This document shows positions 15,259-19,800 of a stretch of DNA of 19,800 nt, in pieces (position 1 is the first letter of the stretch; the number at the start of each line of letters is the position of its first letter). This DNA is from Cyanobacteria bacterium J06626_4. Lineage in GTDB: Bacteria > Cyanobacteriota > Cyanobacteriia > Phormidesmidales > Phormidesmidaceae. The stretch covers positions 1 through 19,800 of the forward strand of contig JBCBJQ010000107.1 in assembly GCA_038523235.1 (NCBI GenBank). The letters are read 5' to 3'. The notes beneath the pieces are model-generated. The model ran no database searches, was not told the DNA's origin, and saw nothing but the letters and a program-made list of their open reading frames with translations. The translations under genes were made by a program, and so were the position numbers.

Positions 15259-17370
15259 CTAAACCGCGACTTCCAGCGTCTCCCGCTGTTCTGATTGCGG
15301 TTCGGTCGCTAGACGAATCCGCAAGTTACCGTTCGCTTCCACGGTGGTATGGCTGTGGGGCGGTAGCAAAACGGTGGAATCTTTTTGGAAGATCACCGCT
15401 GGGCCTTCGATCTCACCGCCGCTGGGCAGGCGATCGCGCTCAAAGAAGTTGGTGGAATATTTCTCTAGCTGGCCGTTCACGCGGAAATAGGTGACCGCCG
15501 TTTTCAACCAGGCAGCTTTGACATTGCCCTCAGCGGGCACGGGCAGACCGGCGAGCTTGGGCATGGGGCCAGTGCCGGTAACGCGTAGGGTCACTAGTTC
15601 GACCGGATTTTCAGGGAAGGCATGACCGTATTCGGCAGTGTGCAGGTCGTGGAACTGCTGCCATACGCTTTGTAACGCGGCTTCGTCCAGCTCGCCGTTG
15701 GGCACGATCTCCCGCAGTTCGTACCCCTGCCCCACATAGCGACAGTCGGCAAACCGTTGCAGCGTCATCTGGTCTGGGGTGAAACCATCGGCTCGCAGCT
15801 GCTCGATGACCTGATTTTCCAGGGCCTGCAAATCGGCGTTGAGCTTGTCCAAATGGGGGTCGGTGCTGAGGGTAAATTCGTTTTGAATGGAGTCGTGCTT
15901 CAGGTCAGTGGTGAGCAGGCCCATGGCCGAGGTGATGCCAGGATAGCGAGGCACAATGACTTCGGGGATACCCAGCGATCGCGCCACTTCCGCCGCATGG
16001 AGCGGTCCCGCCCCCCCTTGCGCCACGAGAGCGAACTGGCGCGGATCTTGACCTTTTTGAATGGTGCGGGAGCGGATGGCGTTCGCCATGTTGTTATTGA
16101 CGATGGTGAGAATGCCTGCTGCGGTTTCGTACAAATCTAGGCCGACGCGATCGGCTAGGGCTTGCACCGCCGCGAAGGCTTGGTCGGGATAGATCGTCAT
16201 TTCACCGCCGAGGAAATGTTCGGGGTCGAGGCGATTGAGCACGACGTTGGCATCGGTCACGGTGACTTCCGTGCCGCCTTTGTCATAGCAAACGGGGCCT
16301 GGTTCGGCTCCGGCACTGCGTGGCCCGACGCGAAACGCGCCGCCATCATCCACATAGGCGATGCTGCCGCCCCCTGCGCCAATGGTATGCACGTCAATCA
16401 TCGGCACCATGACGGGATACCCCGCAATCCAGGTGTCACGGGCAGTGGCTTCGGCAAAGCCTCGCTCGGTGACAATGCCAATGTCGGTGCTGGTGCCCCC
16501 CATATCAAAGGTGATGAGGCGATCACGCTGTGACTGCTCGCCTGCCGCTGCCCCTCCAAGCACCCCAGCGGCGAGCCCTGACAGTAGCAGCGTCACGGGT
16601 TGTTCACCGGCCACTTCGGCGGTGGCCACCCCGCCGTTGGAGCGCATAATGTGGAGTTCGCCCCGCACGGCTTGTGCCTTCAAACTACGGCTGAGGTTTT
16701 GGATGTAGCGTTTCACCTTGGGGCCGACGAAGGCATTGATACAGGTGGTGGTGAACCGCTCAAACTCCCGGAACTGGGGAAAGATGCTGGCGCTGGTAGT
16801 AATGAAGGCGTCGGGGAAAAGGTCCTGAGCCAATGCGGCGACGCGGTCTTCGTGGCGGGAGTCGAAGTAGGAGTTAAGGAAGCAGATCGCGACGGACTCC
16901 ACGCCAGCGGCTTTGAGTTCCAGAATGGCGGTGCGGGCAGCGTCTTCATCCAAGGGAGTGAGCACTTCACCCCGTGGATCAAGCCGTTCGGGGACGACTT
17001 TGCGATCGCGCCGCTTGACCAGAGGCCGCGCCTGCCAGGGAATGTCTTGCATGATGGAGTAGTGCTGGGGGCGCTGGTGACGACCAATGTGGACAATGTC
17101 GCGGTAGCCCTCGGTGGTGATCATGCCGGTGCGGGCACCGTCGTGGGTGAGCAGGGTGTTGGTGGCGATCGTGGTGCCGTGGAGCACGTGTTCAATGTCG
17201 CCGTAGTCGGCCTGGGCCATGGCACAAAGGGTTTGGATGCCCTGCATCATGCCGATGGAAGGATCGTCAACGGTGGTGGGAACTTTATGAATCCAGGTCT
17301 GCTGCTGGGCCACATCGGCCAAGATCAGGTCGGTAAACGTGCCGCCAATATCCACACCGATGAGTTTCAT
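15259..17370 (-). CDS. hyuA: Hydantoinase A / oxoprolinase family ATP-binding subunit
   Basis: IGVDIGGTFTD, HGTTIATN, FREFERFTT, DMGGTSTD, IGAGGGSIA, VGPRSAGAEPGPVCY, RYVGQGYE. Confidence 0.94.
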   Translation of the reverse strand: MKLIGVDIGGTFTDLILADVAQQQTWIHKVPTTVDDPSIGMMQGIQTLCAMAQADYGDIEHVLHGTTIATNTLLTHDGARTGMITTEGYRDIVHIGRHQRPQHYSIMQDIPWQARPLVKRRDRKVVPERLDPRGEVLTPLDEDAARTAILELKAAGVESVAICFLNSYFDSRHEDRVAALAQDLFPDAFITTSASIFPQFREFERFTTTCINAFVGPKVKRYIQNLSRSLKAQAVRGELHIMRSNGGVATAEVAGEQPVTLLLSGLAAGVLGGAAAGEQSQRDRLITFDMGGTSTDIGIVTERGFAEATARDTWIAGYPVMVPMIDVHTIGAGGGSIAYVDDGGAFRVGPRSAGAEPGPVCYDKGGTEVTVTDANVVLNRLDPEHFLGGEMTIYPDQAFAAVQALADRVGLDLYETAAGILTIVNNNMANAIRSRTIQKGQDPRQFALVAQGGAGPLHAAEVARSLGIPEVIVPRYPGITSAMGLLTTDLKHDSIQNEFTLSTDPHLDKLNADLQALENQVIEQLRADGFTPDQMTLQRFADCRYVGQGYELREIVPNGELDEAALQSVWQQFHDLHTAEYGHAFPENPVELVTLRVTGTGPMPKLAGLPVPAEGNVKAAWLKTAVTYFRVNGQLEKYSTNFFERDRLPSGGEIEGPAVIFQKDSTVLLPPHSHTTVEANGNLRIRLATEPQSEQRETLEVAV

Positions 17371-17546
17371 ACGCTATCCCTACGTGCCAATGTTGCCTCG
17401 GATTCTAGGGAGGGACGGTGTGGGCAAAATGTTCAGGCTGTACGTTTGGGGCGATCTCAACCTGCAAATCACCCATCTAGCGGACTACGTATGAACACCC
17501 CGTCCACCCTGAGATTTAAAGACATGGACATAAATCATAGTGGTTT

Positions 17547-17800
17547 TCACAACAGAAACATCAGCGCGCTGATGGCCTGATTCTGCGTAGAAGCGGCGAC
17601 ATGTTCTTTATCCGCAAGATGCATGAGGAATGCATCAATTTCTGGAACTCTTATCTCGTTTGGATGGCGCTTGTTGTGAAACAGAATATATCGGCGGATC
17701 CACTGCACATAGGTTTGCTCGGTACGATAGAACAAGTCTCCATGCCAATCGCATCACACACTTGTTCTAACAACTTCTTGGGTCGAGGTTCAGATTGCAT
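17547..17800 (-). pseudogene. intI: Integron integrase N-terminal fragment, frameshifted and truncated
   Basis: ATG 17800 MQSEPRPKKLLEQVCDAI, a 1-nt frameshift near 17740, then YRTEQTYVQWIRRYILFHNKRHP...VAASTQNQAISALMFLL*. This is the IntI-type N-terminal domain; the catalytic domain is absent. Confidence 0.85.
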
Positions 17801-17944
17801 CAGGTAGACCCCCGTAACGATGATAAATAAACCCTAAGCAATCCAAAACCTGTAATGGAGGGCTGATTATACTGAACTCGTCTACCTAATCACTCGTATC
17901 GAGGTGTTAGGCTGACAGATTTCCACCTATACGCCCATATAGGA

Positions 17945-17983
17945 GTGTTATGTGGAATGCGTAAGTTCAATAAATAGTTATAC
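17945..17983 (+). mobile_element. attI-like site B, divergent from intI remnant
   Basis: GTGTTATGTGGAA-N11-AATAAATA-GTTATAC, 145 nt upstream of the intI ATG, in the position and orientation expected for attI. Confidence 0.62.
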
Positions 17984-18154
17984 TGCTCTACCCTCAGTGA
18001 GAGCGCAAGCTTCAGTTTATACGTGGTCAGTAGAATATGAAGCTTGCAGGAATGTTTGCCATGCTATTCCTAAGCTAGAGCGCCGTAAAGTCGATTTTCT
18101 CAATATCGCAGGTAAAATTATAGGGAAGCCTCATCGCACGGTGCAGATCCTGAT

Positions 18155-19459
18155 ATGCCTGATGATTCTCTGTTAAAAATGTTTCAAAAGTCCTATCAAA
18201 ATACGGACTTGACTCCTTTAATTCAGCCTGAGCAATTGGCGAAGTTTTGGGTCGAATATGGGAGTACTTCATTAGAAGAGTTAGTTCAACTCGTAGAAGA
18301 CAATGCATCCCGTGATGCAAAAATTATCTTTTCTGGTCATCGTGGTTGTGGCAAATCAACATTATTAGCAGAATTTGGAAGAAACCTCAGCGATCGCTAT
18401 TTCGTAGCATTCTTCTCTATTGCTGAAACAATCGAAATGTCTGATGTGAACCACATCAATATTTTGTTCGCGATCGCTGTCAACTTGATGTTGAGAGCAG
18501 AACAAGAGCAAATTAGCATCTCCGAATCTATCAAAAATGCATTTTATAGATGGTTCGCGAAACGGACACAAATTGAAGTTGAAACCCCTAAAAGTGCAGA
18601 ATTATCAGTAGGGTTTGACCTCTTTAAAATTATTACTGGGAAGTTAAAGACAGAGGCATCCATCCGAAATGAACTCAAACGAGAGTTTGAGAGGAATATT
18701 TCTGAGCTTGTCGCCAAGCTGAATGAGATTGCAGCATCTATTCAAGGTGCTAGCAAGAAAGAAGTCCTGGTTATAATTGATGACTTAGACAAGCTTGATC
18801 TGGCAGTCGTCAGAAGTATTTTCCAAGAACATATCAAAGCTTTATTTTTGCCAGGGTTTAGTATTGTTTATACAATTCCCATCTCTTCTTTACGAGATAT
18901 TTCCCTGTCCGCAACTTTGCGGACAGAGGCTGATGACCAAATTGTGATTATGCCAGTCTCAAAGCTTTTAGCAAAAGGAGAGCGCCGTAAACTAAATCCT
19001 AATTACCAAGACGATGCTATTGAAGTTTTGTGTGAGGTTTTGCACAAACGCATTCCAAAGGAAATTTTAGAATTAGATGTCGCAAGGCAGATGGTGTTCC
19101 ATAGTGGAGGCGTTTTACGAGAATTGATGCGGATTTCCAATCGATGTTGTCGAATTTGTTTAAGGAAAATTCGACGTACTCCTGAGCAGACTGACTTTAA
19201 AGTTACTACTGTTATATTAGACGAAGCAATTAAAGATCTAAGACTTGATTTTGAAACTACTTTAGGTAAAACAGATTATAAGATCCTCAAGGAAACCTAC
19301 AAAAAGTTTTTGCCAGAAGATCCTAAAGAGCAAGCTTTCCTAGACTTGCTTCATGGTTTGGATGTATTAGAGTATCGCAATAGCGAAGTTTGGTACGATG
19401 TTCATCCAATTGTGATGGATTTATTGCAGCGCAAAGGATTGATCAATGCCAGCAGTTAA
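18155..19459 (+). CDS. P-loop NTPase (AAA/KAP/STAND-like), function unknown
   Basis: Walker A GHRGCGKST, Walker B LVIIDDLDK, sensor-like SGGVLRELMR and C-terminal WYDVHP. The gene is AT-rich. Confidence 0.88.
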   Translation: MPDDSLLKMFQKSYQNTDLTPLIQPEQLAKFWVEYGSTSLEELVQLVEDNASRDAKIIFSGHRGCGKSTLLAEFGRNLSDRYFVAFFSIAETIEMSDVNHINILFAIAVNLMLRAEQEQISISESIKNAFYRWFAKRTQIEVETPKSAELSVGFDLFKIITGKLKTEASIRNELKREFERNISELVAKLNEIAASIQGASKKEVLVIIDDLDKLDLAVVRSIFQEHIKALFLPGFSIVYTIPISSLRDISLSATLRTEADDQIVIMPVSKLLAKGERRKLNPNYQDDAIEVLCEVLHKRIPKEILELDVARQMVFHSGGVLRELMRISNRCCRICLRKIRRTPEQTDFKVTTVILDEAIKDLRLDFETTLGKTDYKILKETYKKFLPEDPKEQAFLDLLHGLDVLEYRNSEVWYDVHPIVMDLLQRKGLINASS

Positions 19460-19800
19460 GTCGCTCAACTTAGGTGAGGACAATGAAAAGGCATATGATG
19501 ACTTAATTGTGGCAGTAGAAGCCAGTGATGAGGTACTAAGTTTGCTGCTGGCTGTGTGCGACGAACCACAGTTGCGAGACGAAATCGTCCAACGATATGA
19601 GGCAGAACTTCAGCCAAGGATTCGTCCTTACCAAGTGGCATTATCACGGAAGGAACCGAGTTTACGCGAGGCAATTGCTGAAGTAGCGAAGAATGACTCG
19701 TATTTGCAGTCAGGTGGTAGAGCTGTGATAACTGTCACTGGGGCAGATCGTTTGTTGTCTCGCAGATTAGGTGAAGAGCGGTCAGAGAAGGAAATATTTT
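19446..19800 (+). CDS. Partner ORF coupled to the ATPase (runs off the window; not in the ORF track)
   Basis: ATG 19446 overlaps the ATPase 3' end by 14 nt and stays open for 118 codons: MPAVKSLNLGEDNEKAYDDLIVAVEASDEVLSLLLAVCDEPQLRDEIVQRYEAELQP...AVITVTGADRL. It resembles the degenerate-NTPase N-termini of cyanobacterial TPR proteins that follow such ATPases. Confidence 0.8.
   Translation, partial: MPAVKSLNLGEDNEKAYDDLIVAVEASDEVLSLLLAVCDEPQLRDEIVQRYEAELQPRIRPYQVALSRKEPSLREAIAEVAKNDSYLQSGGRAVITVTGADRLLSRRLGEERSEKEIF

Larger units (their letters stand above)
293..18477. repeat. HIP1 octamers (GCGATCGC), about 20 copies
   Basis: Seen near 293, 357, 538, 988, 1489, 2127, 2265, 5446, 5855, 6673, 9072, 9625, 10419, 11290, 12646, 15430, 15975, 17002, 18390 and 18470. 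Confidence 0.9.

Noticed and set aside
16600..17580. 326-aa plus-strand ORF
   Set aside because: Antisense shadow of GC-rich hyuA with no recognisable motifs.
17906..17912. GTTAGGC as the attI crossover core of site B
   Set aside because: It fits GTTRRRY, but alignment with site A places the core at 17977. Kept only as an alternative or accessory box.
1..19800. CRISPR array, tRNA or rRNA
   Set aside because: No regularly spaced direct repeats or recognisable structural RNA seen.

Overview
Cyanobacterial chromosomal window: I count about 20 HIP1 GCGATCGC octamers, and it carries Uma2, PEP-CTERM and CBCR-type GAF genes. From left to right it holds the 3' end of an acyl-ACP/acyl-CoA synthetase, a PEP-CTERM-anchored alpha/beta hydrolase, and an IS5-like transposase stub fused to a broken amidase. 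Next comes an AT-rich integron-type cassette (AbiV-like gene, antitoxin, PIN toxin) bounded by an attI-like site and a textbook attC, then a stand-alone DXCF GAF. An 11.5 kb minus-strand cyclic-amide uptake/catabolism cluster follows (HyuA/HyuB-like, hydantoin racemase, PuuE-like, PotABCD-like ABC), interrupted by Uma2 and REP-like repeats. The right end has a truncated, frameshifted integron-integrase gene and a second attI-like site, followed by a P-loop ATPase and a coupled partner ORF. The most notable signal is two outward-facing 39-bp attI-like sites of identical architecture, 13 kb apart, each heading defence-like cargo with no intact integrase in the window. All family assignments come from motif recognition by eye; no searches were run.
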